From positions 4,338,407-4,402,406 of the forward strand of contig JBNZDD010013724.1 of assembly GCA_050575255.1 (NCBI GenBank): DNA of 64,000 nucleotides. The letters run 5' to 3'. The first letter of the stretch is position 1; each line of letters starts with the position of its first letter. The position numbers were made by a program, and so were the translations under genes. Source of the DNA: Harriotta raleighana. Taxonomy: Eukaryota. This document shows, piece by piece, positions 51,836 to 64,000 of the stretch. The notes under the pieces are model-generated. The model was not told the DNA's origin. It did no database searches and saw only the letters and a program-made list of their open reading frames with translations.

Positions 51836-53084
51836 AGATCTCTAGAGGTTGATGGGTCCTAGTGCGTAGTCACGTTTGATGCCCAAACTACAGTAACTAG
51901 TTTGTGCGCATATGTTTAAATTTTGCATTCTTCCAAAATAACGTTAAAGTGAATTAACACATTTTAAATTGGATCACGTTTTCTAATTCGTTGGTGACAT
52001 TAAAGCAAAATGGTGTAAATAAGAGCAATGTAATTAGAGGACTTCCCGTACTGTCTTTTTATATTTAAAATATTTAAAGCAGATTTTTGGGGGATCATTT
52101 TGCAGTATGTCATGATAATTTTTACAAGGTACCAAACTTCTTCTACATCATAAATGTAATTTTGTATTGCCGCGTACTTCATGACTGGTTGGAACTGAAT
52201 ATACTCCTGAGATCAGAAGAGTGTACTCTATTGACAACCTATCAATACTGGATTCCCACTATCTTGTTTAACCAGTACAATTTTTTTTGGTTACCATGTT
52301 TTAAGTTTACATGTGGGCTACTATCTGGCAATCAACTGGGAAATATGATTTATGACTTGTCAAATAAAAAGCCATTAATGAACCTAAAAAGAATCTGTGT
52401 CAAATCAACATTATTGCATCTACCCGCCAAACAAAAAGGATTACTTAATACAGTATAGAGTAAGCTGCTGAAAACGTATTCTGTTCTCATAATGAATCAA
52501 ACAGCAAATGTATCCTAATGACTACCTGTCTGGCACACAGCCTTGGATCTAAATAGTGAAGCTTCGTCTGCAAATTTATAAGGAGCATGGGAATGTTGTG
52601 TCATCATTATACCAGTGTAATTTTGTGATATCTTTTTAACCCTCTTCTGTCTCCTTTGTTTTACTTTTTCTTCAAATTTTGGTCCTTTTTATGTGTCCTT
52701 TTCCCCCTTTCCATTTGTTGGGGACTTTCTGTCTAGTTTAAAGATTATGAACTGGAATATCTAAAAGCAATAGAAAAAAGAGGGAACAATATGTTGGGAG
52801 GCACAGTATCTAAGCATCTAAAGCATGGTGATGGGTTCCTGCACGTATAAGACAGTGACTGATGGGGAAAATATCTTGATTACATACTGCATTACCTGAC
52901 ATATTTTAACCTTTACTTTCTCTCACTTTCAGAAATTCCACTTCCTCGTCTGATTTCTCCTTTGCCTTGATTTCTCTTTCCATTGACATCCAACAATCAT
53001 TTCTCTCCCTTCCTAGTCTCTTTCCCTCTCGCCATTGTCCCTCTCCACTTTTGTTTCAATAAAGCTACATTCAGGTGGTTATAA

Positions 53085-53335
53085 TAGTTATAATATTTGG
53101 TATTATGTCTTTCAAATCATGGAGACTTCCCAAACCATTTCATATGATTTACCGTGAAGTGGACTGTGCATTTATTTGACTGCAGCAGCCTGCACATTGA
53201 GCAATGTTCCTCAAAACGCTAAGAAACAAATAACCAATTTTATTTGGGGGATTGTTGGCCAAGACACTGGGAGAAACTTTCTTTTCGGTTTGAGTATTGT
53301 CATGGGATCTTCAACATCGACCTGAACAGGTTGAT
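53085..53335 (-). mobile_element. Ancient DeuSINE fragment
   Basis: ttggccaagacactgggagaaact..gtcatgggatcttcaacatcgacctgaacagg is the reversed Deu domain. Confidence 0.65.
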
Positions 53336-53406
53336 ATGTAATATTAGCTCCATTGTTTTACCCAGAATTTCAATTACTCTGAATCCAAACTACAGTGTTA
53401 CTAATA

Positions 53407-53809
53407 CCGTAAAAACCTTGTTTATCTGTGCCCTAATCAACCGGAATGCTCGACCCCTTCCTGGGGCAATTCCCCATTCCAGGAATTGCGAGTTTACTCA
53501 CTTTGCGCCTGCGTGCAATGCATGCACACGTGCACTTATTAAATTTCCGAACTTGGGTTTTTTACCAATCGGTAAAAAATGCTGTTTCATCAATTTTTTC
53601 ACCGACTGTGCTAGAATGCTTTATTCGTAACTATCCATATAATATTCTGTTACTGTGTAGTCTATTATTAACATGGTATGTTTTAAAATAAGTAATTTTT
53701 TAATGTAGGGTTTTCGGCAACTTGTCCCCCATTTATCCGGCAGAGTCAATTAGTCGACCCCCTCCCCCCCCCCACCCACCGAGCGTGCCAGATAAACAAG
53801 GTATTACTG
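53407..53809. mobile_element. Tigger/pogo-like MITE, short (~400 bp) subfamily
   Basis: TA-ccgtaaaaaccttgtttatc ... gataaacaaggtattactg. Collinear with 56210-56612. Confidence 0.82.
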
Positions 53810-55801
53810 AAATAGGTCCTCAGGAACTATACTAAGCCATTTAAAATATAGACATATATGTGGATATATGTCAATATTACAGTTAGAATACAGCATGCAA
53901 AAAGAATATAGGAATATAGTTTGGCTCTGTGCCAAAAATAACAAAAGAAAGTTATCATGAATCAGCAGTAAGGTAATTATCAGGCCCATTTAAATTAACT
54001 ATTAAATGTGAAACATTATTTATGATGCAGATTAACCATACTTGCTAAATTTCAATTCTAGAGTATTCCATCTAATTCAGAATTTCCACAAATTAAACCA
54101 TCTTGATCAAATTGGCACATTGTTTAAATTACAAATCAGGCATTACATTTATTTAAGAATATAACAGATCTCATGGGCCATTCTCAGCCTCCAGCATTTC
54201 AATTCCTTTTCTCTGATTGGAACCCCTACCTGCAGAAATTTTATATTTTTTTGCCAAACGTCAGAAACAAAAGTTTGGAAGAAAAAAAAAACTGCTTGAG
54301 CAAGCTTTTTTGTTCATTTCAGATAAATTGTAATTGTGTAGCATAAAAACTATTAAATATTTGCGCAAATGCAGAAGCCTGCGATTCAAAAGGACTTAAA
54401 TGTTCTCTTGGTGACTCAAACAAAGGAGGTTGACCACCAGTACTTTCTTACAGTGAGGCTGACAATCATATGCTATGGTTTTTCTCATTTGCTATAAGGT
54501 TATCTATACTTGATACACACCTGTGCTTTTCAACAATGTGGTTGGTTCTAAGAGGATCGTGTTTTAATCTTGCTGTTTTCTATCCACACAAGAGATCCAA
54601 AGCAAACATGTTTATCAGCAGTGAGAATGTCTGAACTGAATTGAAGGTTTGCTTTGTACACCAGCTATAACTATAGCACATTGATCTTAATAGGTAATCT
54701 TTGTGATGGGTTGTATCAGCTTCCAGGGATCTGTCATGGAACTACTAAACTCATAAAAAAACCTAATCTAATTAGGGGATTTACTAAGCCTGATAACTAT
54801 TAAATGCTTGCATGGAAACAGATCCGTATTATTAAGTGCTACAGGATCCTGCGACACACTACTTGTTGGTAGCTGAATGTTGTTGCCATACTTCATCATC
54901 AGAGGTTTTTAACGTAAAGATGTAATATTCAAATGCTAAGTGATTTTATTGTAAAATCAGCAGTATTTCTCAGCGAGAAAGGAGTAGAGTGGACAGAGTG
55001 AAGGCAGGTCTAGCAGAAAGCATCTAATTCTATGTGATGGCTCCTGCAGAGTCAGTAAAGGGCACATACTAATAAGGAAACTGCAGAAAAGCAGCAATGA
55101 CGACTAGCCTGCTGAAAACAGCAAGCTCAGCAGATAGATTGCGGCTAATAGAACCATTACTAGCACATGTCAGGCTTTGAAAAATACCATGGGATATATA
55201 CATCATAGTCAAGAAAAAAAATGTAACAGACGTGCATAGCGTTGTAGGAACTTCCATCTAAAAATGCTTGTTGAAGAAATTAGACTACAGAGTGAAGATC
55301 ACGCTGTGACTTGACACTAGGTTTCCACAGATTCCCTTATTGCACAAAGCAGCAACTCAGGCAAGAATAGGTAATCCCAAAACTAAGCATGCAACAACAA
55401 TAACACCACAAAGGTATCAACCCACATTTAACAAGGGCCAAGTAATCAACTTTTCAAATCAGATGATATAATAACATTCTTGGATTTACCACTGTAATGC
55501 AAAAATATTTCTCCGAGATTCAAAGGCATGATTCAATTTTCTGCTAGTAGTTACAGAGCAATGAAGTTACATTTATATGATCAAATATTCATTCATCATA
55601 AAATATTCTATGTGGAAAGCTAACAGTGGTGAAATAGCTCTTTCATAGTGTCACATTTTATAAGCATACACCAAATGTACAACCTGAATGGAAATATTAC
55701 CTCTTTTTAATAAGAAAGATGGATCACTGGAAAGTTTTGTTTTAAGTCATTCATTTTGCTTTTTCTCCATTTCACCATTTTTTGTCATATTGCACGATTG
55801 T

Positions 55802-55990
55802 GGAATCCTATAGCATAGTGGTTAGAGCACTGACTTCACAAGCGAGAGGACACGGGTTTGATTCCCGGCTGGAGTGAAACCTAATCTAGCTTCCTTTCTC
55901 CTTATACCTCTGTTTATCTAAGTAACAACAACAAAATTACACTTTGTATAGTAAGTAAGTAGGAACCAGTTGTTAGTCGATTGGTGAACT
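55802..55990 (+). mobile_element. SINE 5' half, interrupted by an L2 tail piece
   Basis: ggaatcctatagcatagtggttagagcact..gggtttgattccc..ctctgtttatctaagta[acaacaacaaaattacac..]..aggaaccagttgttagtcgattgg. Confidence 0.78.
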
Positions 55991-56209
55991 TGATTTACTC
56001 CTAAATCAAATTTGTTTGCTAAAAACAATAACAGTGAAAATTGAGATTCTTATTTTGTTGAGATACGTTGAAGGACCAAATCCCAGAGGCAGGACAAACA
56101 AGGTTGGTTGAAAAGAATGGGAGTGGAAAATAGGTATGTCAATTCCTGTAAAGCATTGGTATTAAAAGCATCCGATATGTTGCCATGCTTGAATCAGTCT
56201 ATATAAATG

Positions 56210-56612
56210 CAGTAAAACCTTGTTTAACCGTGACCCAATCAACCGGATTGCTCGATCCCCTCCTGGGGCAATTCCCTATTCCAGCAATCACGAGTTTGCT
56301 CACTTTGCACATGCGTGCAATGCGTGCGCATGCGTGCAATGCGTGCGAATGCGCACTTATTAAATTTACGAACTTGGGATTTTTACCGATCGGTAAAAAA
56401 ATGATTTTTTACAGATCTTTTCACCGAGTGAGCTGGAATTCTTTATTGGTAAGTATCCATACAATATCTGTTACTATTTAGTCTATTATTATCGTGGTGT
56501 GTTTTAAAATAAGTTAATTTTTATGTTGGGTTTTCGGCAACTTGCCACCCGTTTATCCGGCACCGTCAATTAGTCGACACTCCCAAGGATGCCAGATAAA
56601 TGGGTTTTACAG
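56210..56612. mobile_element. Tigger/pogo-like MITE, short subfamily
   Basis: cagtaaaaccttgtttaacc ... gataaatgggttttacag-TA, with internal tgcgtgcaa repeats. Confidence 0.82.
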
Positions 56613-56659
56613 TACTTGTTATTATTGTAGATTATTGTTATTGTAGATTGTAGGAGATC

Positions 56660-57250
56660 AGACCAATTGAGGAGGTAAGAAGAGAAGGTACACAATAAGT
56701 CTTGATTTCAACAGATTGAGGATGCAAAAACTTGCAAATGTCAAAAGAATGTCCAGAGGAACAGAAACCAATGATATCAGAAAAATAAAGAATAGAGTGG
56801 TTGAAATGGAGAGAGTACAGGTATAGAGGCTAGAAATAGTCAATCATCCAATATGAGTTAACATGGCTTGTCTTGCATTATGTCCAAGTGTTCAAATAGG
56901 TGCTGGAGGAGACTTCACTCATAGAAGCATTATTTAAATTTTGGTCAGACTTTGACTGTTATGTTGGTTAAGAGATTTTGAGCGGATTTTATCCATATCA
57001 ATGAAGCAATCAAGCTTCTTGGAAATACTTACTCCAATGCAGGAAAGATGAGCATTCAATTGGAATATGGAGGAGATAGTGAAACCAAGAATATCGAAAG
57101 ATGAAGAAGGATAAAGAGTTGAGCCATCAGTGATAAAAGGTACGAATAGAAGTATATCTCCAGAAACAGAGTGATGGTGCTCAGATGAATACAAGGTAAT
57201 TGATGTATTCTGCAGAAAACTCCTGCCTAACATCCCCGGAGTACATGCTA
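56660..57250 (-). mobile_element. Very degenerate LINE ORF2 C-terminal fragment (CR1/L2-group, different family)
   Basis: ORF 56934-57233 contains SSSFDILGFTISSIFQLNAHLSCIGVSISKKL, resembling the LG..I.S.L.W..H...I...AS.KL thumb motif. Confidence 0.45.
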
Positions 57251-57429
57251 TTCACAGAAGAACATACCTTCAGGATTTTGTGAAGCAACAGTTTAATTAT
57301 GGACGTGTGAAGAGCCAGAGGTTTTTTTAAAAGAAAACAATGTGATGAACCTAAATGACAGATTAGGCCACAACTAACCATCAATTTTGTTTGCCAGTTA
57401 TAACAAGAATATTAGATCTATCGAGTACG

Positions 57430-57805
57430 ACATGGATGATGAAGATGATACTGCAGATAAAAGGTTATATCTATGAGGAGATCCTGGAGAGGATAAAAAT
57501 ATTCTTGTTAGGGCAGAGATTTTTGATGGGTGATAAGAGATAACTAACCATGAAAAAATATTTACCACTGATAGAGAATTTAAGGAGAGCAGGGAATGAG
57601 TTCAAGGTTGTGACTAGTGGAATAAAAGGGGAGGTTTAGAAGATCTTTTTCTTTCAGAGTGTAATTATTTGGCAAGGCTGCATGTTAGAGCATAGTCAAT
57701 GCGGGCATGAGAGGGTAGAGGTGAAGATAGATGGCTTCTTGGAGGAGCAAACAGTTGCATGAAAAAAATGGACTGAATAGCAACCCAACTGATTTCTATG
57801 ATTCT
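57430..57805 (+). mobile_element. Degenerate CR1 3' end
   Basis: ctatgaggagatcctggagagg..aggagagcagggaatgagttcaaggt..tttctttcagagtgtaatt..tttctatgattct. Confidence 0.6.
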
Positions 57806-58104
57806 CTAGGTATCTGACACTGAACACATAGTTCTATATAATACAATTAAGTGTTTGGGTTTGCTAAACAATCTTGATTTCTGTTTCCATGATGAAACAA
57901 AATACAGAAAACAAATCCTTTTGAACTGTAAAAGTTCATAAACTCATATCAAAAATTGGATTAAAGTAGTCAGTGCACAAAAACATACTTGCATTTCGTA
58001 TAGCTGCAAATGACATTGAGAATGCCTCAAAGAACAACATTTCTGTAAAGTGCAGTCACTATGTATTTGTAGACAAACTCTGCAGCCAATATACATAATA
58101 CAAA

Positions 58105-58310
58105 TTATATTCACGTCAGGAGGATTTCCCAAGGCATTGACAGAAATGACCCACAAACAGCCATGACTTAAATTACTAATTTGTTTTGGAGAACCTTTGG
58201 CCATAACAACAGGAGGAACTCCCTTTTCTTTTCTTTTGAAATAATATCACAAGCTCTTTGTACACCTGAATAGAGAGCCAAAGGCTCAGTTTATCATATC
58301 ATTCATCTGG
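58105..58310 (-). mobile_element. L2 tail plus DeuSINE fragment
   Basis: ttcacgtcaggagga..cccacaaacagcc..ttggccataacaacaggaggaactccc..tacacctgaa. Confidence 0.55.
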
Positions 58311-59310
58311 CAAAATGTCCCACTCCTCCCCCATTGAAGACAGATACTCAAAGAATGACTAAAGGGATATGGAAGAAATAGCAGGTATTAGAAAAGATAG
58401 GTCCAGTGGGGGTGATAGCACTGCAAAGGCACAATGGGTTAAATGGCCTCTTTGCTGAAATTTCTGTCATTCTAACATCACATGACTACAAGAACGATGG
58501 TGTTGGAACAGGGAGGGATGGAAATGTACAATTAAAATTATGTACTGCAATAGCTGTACCCAAAATGGTCGTTAAGATAACTCTAACCTTTACAAAAACT
58601 AATTTAATTATTGAAATATGATGCAGGGAACCTTAAAATGCGTTGTATCTCTTAAAATGTGCAGAACAAACAAAATGAGTGCTGTCTGACTGATGGATTG
58701 CAGACAATAAACTGCTCATGATGCAATCCGCGTGAGGAAGCGGCGAGCTCTATTGCCCTATGTCATTCAATCATTTATTTTCCCTAGTCCACCACTCCCC
58801 CACTGTGCATTTTCTATTTATTGCATCTTACAATTATTAAAATGTTATGATAAAATATTCTTCATTTTATTTAAATAATACTGAAGGGCGAGCATCCTGC
58901 AATTTTGTCATGCATTATTTGTCGACACCTTACATTGTTATGTGTTATGATGATTCATCACCGATGCTCTGATTGATTGCTCTTACTACAACCTATAGAG
59001 GAAAAGCTATTTAAGTATTACTCTCTGACTCTCTGACTGTTAATAGACACAGTGTGAGCTCTGTAAAGTAAAACCAAGGGTAAAATTATATAATCTTGCA
59101 ATCTTCTATTTTCATTACCACCTTCTGGATGCAGGAATATTACTTGTTTTTTAATCATCAATTTATCTGTTCTTTAATTTGACAGTTAATAAGAAATAAG
59201 CAGCATGTTGTAGCACAGTGGAATTTGAACGATGCCCCTAGGGCTACCAGCTTCATCTAGCTGTGACTTTTCATCCTTTGCATCAATATGCAGTGTTGGT
59301 TACAACATTG

Positions 59311-59715
59311 TAATCCTTGCATTTGATATAACAACTTATCATGTTATTGAGACATCTCAAAGTACTTTGTGGGTATTACTGCAAGTGTGGTATTTTTTTG
59401 TGGGCGAACCCAGTACCATTTTACTCACAGCAATGACCCACAAACATTCATGAAGTGAACAACCAAATTTATCTGCTACACAGTTGGCCAGGAAACTAAA
59501 ATAAATTCCCTTCTCTTTTTGAATAGTGTTGTGGATTATTTGACATCCATCTTAACAGGCAGACAAGACCTTGGTTTAATGTCTCATCTGAAGGATGGCA
59601 CTACTGACAATACAATGCCACATCAGCAGATACACTGTGAGATGAAAGTCTTGATGAGGGGGATTTAAACCCATAACCTTTTGACTAAGAAACTCAAGTG
59701 CTACCAACTAAGCCA
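59311..59715 (-). mobile_element. Near full-length ancient DeuSINE (SacSINE1-like)
   Basis: Tail, Deu domain (ggtttaatgtctcatctgaaggatggcactactgaca) and tRNA head (aacccataaccttttgact..gtgctaccaactaagcc). Confidence 0.75.
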
Positions 59716-60989
59716 GGCAAAATGCATTGTATCTCTTGAAAGTGCACTTTTGCATCTTAGAGTTCTCCATCTACCTGCGTGGTAATATCACACAGGAATC
59801 AATTGCAAATCAGTTGCATTGACTGCAGAGATGATTCGTATTAGAGAGTCCACTGTGAATTACCTTTACAGATGCTTGATTGGTTCTTTTAGCAATAGAT
59901 GTCAGTGAGTGTATGGGCCAATAAACAACCCCTAATGCTGGAAGAAAAAAAAATTATGCCTTCTGTGTTTAATCAGAGCAGACAATGAGCTAGACTTAAC
60001 TTGTATTACCTCAATCACTAACATTTGTAGTTCAGACACAGTAAATTAACAAAATAAATCCAGAGTATAAACATTCTGAGTGTGGAAGCTCACATGTGAG
60101 TATGTGTCTATATGTATTTGCCTATCTGGGTGAGCAATAAGAAAATCCCAGTTATTAAACCATGTGTTAGTAGCTAGGATTCTTCCCACTCAGCTCCCGT
60201 CAGGCCAGCAAGTCAAAGCCATAACAGGGTAGGGAGGGACAAGCAACCAGAAAAACCTAAAGGCTATTCTTTGTTTCTAACAAAAAGCCGTGCAAGTTTT
60301 CTTTAAAAAGAGTGCTGATTTGGTTCTGAATTGCTTATAGGACGAAACCACTACGAAAATATCAGAATAGATTTTCAGTCTCAAACTAGTTGTTAGGGAC
60401 CAGGATAACAATGACTACAAATTCTATCTATGTGATAATTATTCCATAGCATACCTCAAACTTACGCTTTCAATACAAAGCCTCCCATACAATCTGCCTG
60501 AATAAAATAGGTACAGTATTTATAATTTTTCTTACAAGCGAAAAGTTATTGAGTGAAAAGGTAGACAATCCCATTAACATCAATTCACAATCCTGGTTTC
60601 CTTCCAATTATTTTATCCAATCATTGAAATGGTTATATTTTTATTCACCCCACTTTCAGACTTTTCTAGCAATCATGTGTTGCAGTCAAACATTGTTCAG
60701 CAATGCAATATTGTGATGTATTATGTCCGTTGATTTCAAATGACTAACATGACCAGTATATCTCAGTGAATTATATCAATCTCATCCATACACTGTATCA
60801 TGCACTGTAATTTGACAGATACCTTTTACATTAAAATAATAAATTTGTACCACATGTGTTCAGTGTTGCCTTCTAGATTCTTAATACATTAAAATAATGC
60901 AGAAAAAAATTGTCCATGACTATTAAGTGTAAGCAGAAATACAGCTGATGGGGGATCAGAATCAAATTGGGGAGCAGTCAGGACTGACA

Positions 60990-61164
60990 AAATATAAGCA
61001 ATGGTCACTGAGGTGAAATAATTGCTCTGGAGCAATATGCGGCCATATGTACAAATCCTTTAGCTTTTTATTTCTTNAAATATAAGCAATGGTCACTGAG
61101 GTGAAATAATTGCTCTGGAGCAATATGTGGCCATATGTACAAATCCTTTAGCTTTTTATTTCTT
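60990..61164. repeat. Tandem duplication across a single N (assembly overlap)
   Basis: 60990-61076 is repeated at 61078-61164 with one C/T difference. N at 61077. Confidence 0.88.
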
Positions 61165-61889
61165 ATACGTTACAGTATATTACATTGTGCCCATCTGTGA
61201 CTTGTTGTGGAAGCTGACATTTCATTCAATGGCACAAGGTGTCATTTTGTAACATTAATAAATATACATGACCTGATTTACATATATTTCTGGTCCTCAT
61301 CTATGCCAGATTGTTGATATAATGTCCAGGCATTGGGTTGCAAATGGCCTCCTGTGCCTAGGAACATTAAAGAAGCCATATCCTCTTCAGTTACACTGTC
61401 CCTATAATTTTATTGCTCTAATGAAAGGCATGAAGCTCACTGGTAAATGACGCCTGGATATAGAAAAGCATGACACATAAGCCAAGGTTATTGTGTCCTT
61501 TATCACCAATTTTAAAGGGACACTGTCTTTAAGAAAAAAAAGTATTGGGTGAATTTTTTTGCTTAAGAGAGAAGTGTGCTATTTTCAAATAAAAATCTGT
61601 CCTGATGAAATGTTTCTTACTTTATCAGCAAACATACAAGCTATTTATATGGTCTCTTATGTTTGTGAGACACAGGAGACCATTTCCAAACCATTGCCTG
61701 GAACATTGTTCAAACAAGTTGGCACAAAAGAGCACAAACAATTTCAAAAAGTAACAGTAACTTCTCCAGCCTCTTAATCCATGAGCAGAAATATATTTTG
61801 TTTTCAACTGTATGCTGGATATTTGAATTAATAACAGAAAATGGTGGGCTACATAACAGATCAGCTGAAAGTTAGATGAGTTGATGGAT

Positions 61890-62152
61890 CCAGTTCCACA
61901 CCAAAACTCTACACTCCCATCATATCAGTCCTTACCAGATTCCATGAGCTTCCTGTCTGTCAAAGTATCAATTTTAAAGTCCTCATTCTCTCTCATAAGG
62001 TCCTTCCCATCTTAGTACCTCTTACGTCACCTAAAGATGACAAATCTTTCATCTTTTCTGATAAATCTCCTTCTATCTCAAGCTTTGTTTAAATGCTCTG
62101 AGATGCTACCTTTTGTGGAGGGTGTTATATCAGTGCAAGTTGCTGTTGTTGT
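61890..62152 (+). mobile_element. Degenerate L2 3' fragment
   Basis: ccagattccatgagcttcctgtctgtcaaagtatcaattttaaagtcctcattctc, with a gttgttgtt tail. Confidence 0.65.
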
Positions 62153-62629
62153 TCATCATCCTTGCCTCTTTTCACGATAATAGTTCCCTTCCAGCTTCAA
62201 ATCACGAAGAGAGTGAAGTAAAATTTATTTTATTATTAGTAATAAACTTATTAGTTTATCGCCCTGATCCTTCTGTACGTTGAAATGATTAACTTATCAC
62301 ACTGTTTCCTGGTTTAATTCATTGTTTTCTAGGTTTGGGAGTTTCTACCTTTGGAAGTGTTTCCTTCCTCCTACAATGCACAGGATTTTAAGACTGATCA
62401 GTTTAACTAATGGGTGTATCACTTTTCTGTCATACTCATTTCAACTTTGGTTAAAGCTTGGATCATTAGGTGGCATTCTCCTTTCTGGGTCACAAGGCTG
62501 AGAATCTGAAGCCAAAGCCTTATTTTTGGTGAAACAAATAAACAATAAAATGGTACAGTATTACAGTTTTTTATTTGCCCAAATTCAAATTCTCTAAACG
62601 TCATCAAAGCTAGATATAATTCATTTCAC

Positions 62630-62790
62630 TTCATGGCTGGTTGTGGAACATTACTGTGTGCAAATTGGCTGTTGCATTCACCTAAAAATCCAGTCACTGT
62701 ACTTTGTAGTCGATCTTGTGATATGATTTTAATAATGTGATCAGGCACTATATCAAATACAAGGATTATTATTTATTATTATTAGTTATT
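62630..62790 (+). mobile_element. SINE 3' half
   Basis: ttgtggaacattactgtgtgcaaattggctg..gcactatatcaaatacaaggattatt. Confidence 0.7.
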
Positions 62791-63880
62791 ATGAAGATCT
62801 GCAAACCCTATCCCAATGTTTTGTTATACTGAATGAAAGAGCTTATACCTAATGTATGGATTATTACAAAAGGTTTCTTTTTTGTCTTCTATGTGACATT
62901 TAACACAACATGATGAATGCAAGAATTTTCTGTGAACCACTATTATAGAGATACAGGGAAAAGGCAAAGGAAATGGGAGCAGCTGGTCGAGTGACTGGTT
63001 ATGGATGGGAGCTTGAATGATTACATAATATAAAGGATCATCTACAGCAGAAAGAAAATATAATGCACGTTAGCCTGGCACATGTCGTGATGAGCAGCCG
63101 GCCTGTAGAAGATTGCGTGGTGATTGCTGGCAAGGCTGGTATGATGCACTGTGACATGGCTGACAGAACATCTTTGTTGCTAAAACTGCTCCTATATCGG
63201 CACTGTCAGCCATGCAGGACAAGGTTTAGTAGAGATCTCCCAAGAACTGATCTCAAGGGATACATGAGATTGTATATAAAAACCAAAGTCAACAATAGAC
63301 CAGAGAGATGGAAATGGGTCCAGTTGATGGGATCAAAAGACTTGATAAATCACTCAAGCTTTACTCTTCTGTTTGTAAGTTATCTGAACTTGAGGATTTC
63401 TGCCTTTAATCCTCTGCCATCCATCTGGTATGGTTTTCAATTGAATGGAATTTCTTGGTTTAACTTCTGCTACTCAGTTCTATTCCAATTTGGGTGATGA
63501 TACAGAATTAAGGATAACCTCTGGGAATAGAGACATGATAATGCAAAATGGGACAAGAGAAACCAGTTTATTTTGCATGTCGGATTACAAAGGAAATTCA
63601 GCACTGCCAATATAGGTATCCCCCCATTTACGACGGTTCTATTTACACTGTTTTGATTTAACGAACATAATTTTTTAACACTTTTTTATCGATATATGAC
63701 ATTTGGTTTCGTTTTAGCAACAAAAAAATTTGGCGCATTTTTTTGCGCATGTGCAAAATAGATAGTGTATTTTGCGGTAGTCTTTTTTGCACATGCGCAG
63801 TACATAAAGTACTTCGGGGTAAAATCGCAGTCGCACACTGTATCCAAGCGTTTGAACTGACCAATAGCACGTCACTATCT

Positions 63881-63912
63881 CAGTGTTTCCCAACCTTTAT
63901 TTGCTATGACCC
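63881..63912 (+). mobile_element. Possible hAT/Charlie-type terminal inverted repeat
   Basis: cagtgtttcccaacctttatttgctatgaccc resembles Charlie-family ends. The partner end was not seen. Confidence 0.4.
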
Positions 63913-63926
63913 AAATTAGTCTCCCA

Positions 63927-63939
63927 CCACTAGAGGGCG
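63927..63939 (+). promoter_or_regulatory. Candidate CTCF binding site
   Basis: CCACTAGAGGGCG matches the CTCF core CCASYAGRKGGCR at every position. Confidence 0.5.
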
Positions 63940-64000
63940 TTATCGTGATTGACACTCAGCTTGTGGACTCAGCTCTTTTTTAAGTATGCTCATTATACAA

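Larger units (their letters stand above)
20428..64000 (-). other. PCDH7: PCDH7 intron upstream of the CM3/CM1 exon (large cadherin-repeat exon 1 not in window)
   Basis: AG acceptor at 20429-20428. The ORF track contains no cadherin-domain ORF. Confidence 0.65.

Noticed and set aside
60990-61164. 87-bp tandem duplication
   Set aside because: Same single-N assembly signature.
63063-63497. 144-aa ORF and other short ORFs in unique sequence
   Set aside because: No recognisable domain or splice context, and consistent with chance ORFs in intron DNA.

Overview
Vertebrate genomic DNA, very likely from a cartilaginous fish. The L2, CR1, tRNA-head Deu-type SINE and Penelope repeat content fits a chimaera such as Callorhinchus milii (inference). 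The only convincing host coding sequence is one 217-bp internal exon on the minus strand (20211-20427). It belongs to the delta-1 protocadherin PCDH7 and encodes the CM3 (RRVTF, PP1-binding) and CM1 cytoplasmic motifs. The rest is most simply the two very long flanking introns. These contain truncated L2 and CR1 LINEs, about 20 tRNA-derived SINE copies (a main family, an L2-tail-swapped subfamily and older Deu/SacSINE1-like copies), six non-autonomous Tigger/pogo-like DNA elements (CAGT...ACTG, TA targets), and a Penelope end with a decayed hammerhead ribozyme. Repeat-free AT-rich blocks that look like conserved enhancers and several assembly-gap duplications are also present. The most interesting unexplained signals are a tandem pair of candidate 3-nt AG|CTG|GTAAGT micro-exons about 1 kb downstream of the PCDH7 exon, a composite element fused to an L2 3' end that occurs twice, a SINE-MITE junction duplicated in inverted orientation, and a decayed Gly-X-Y-like 9-bp repeat. 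I found no clear evidence of a wholly new protein-coding system. Repeat boundaries were placed by eye and are approximate.
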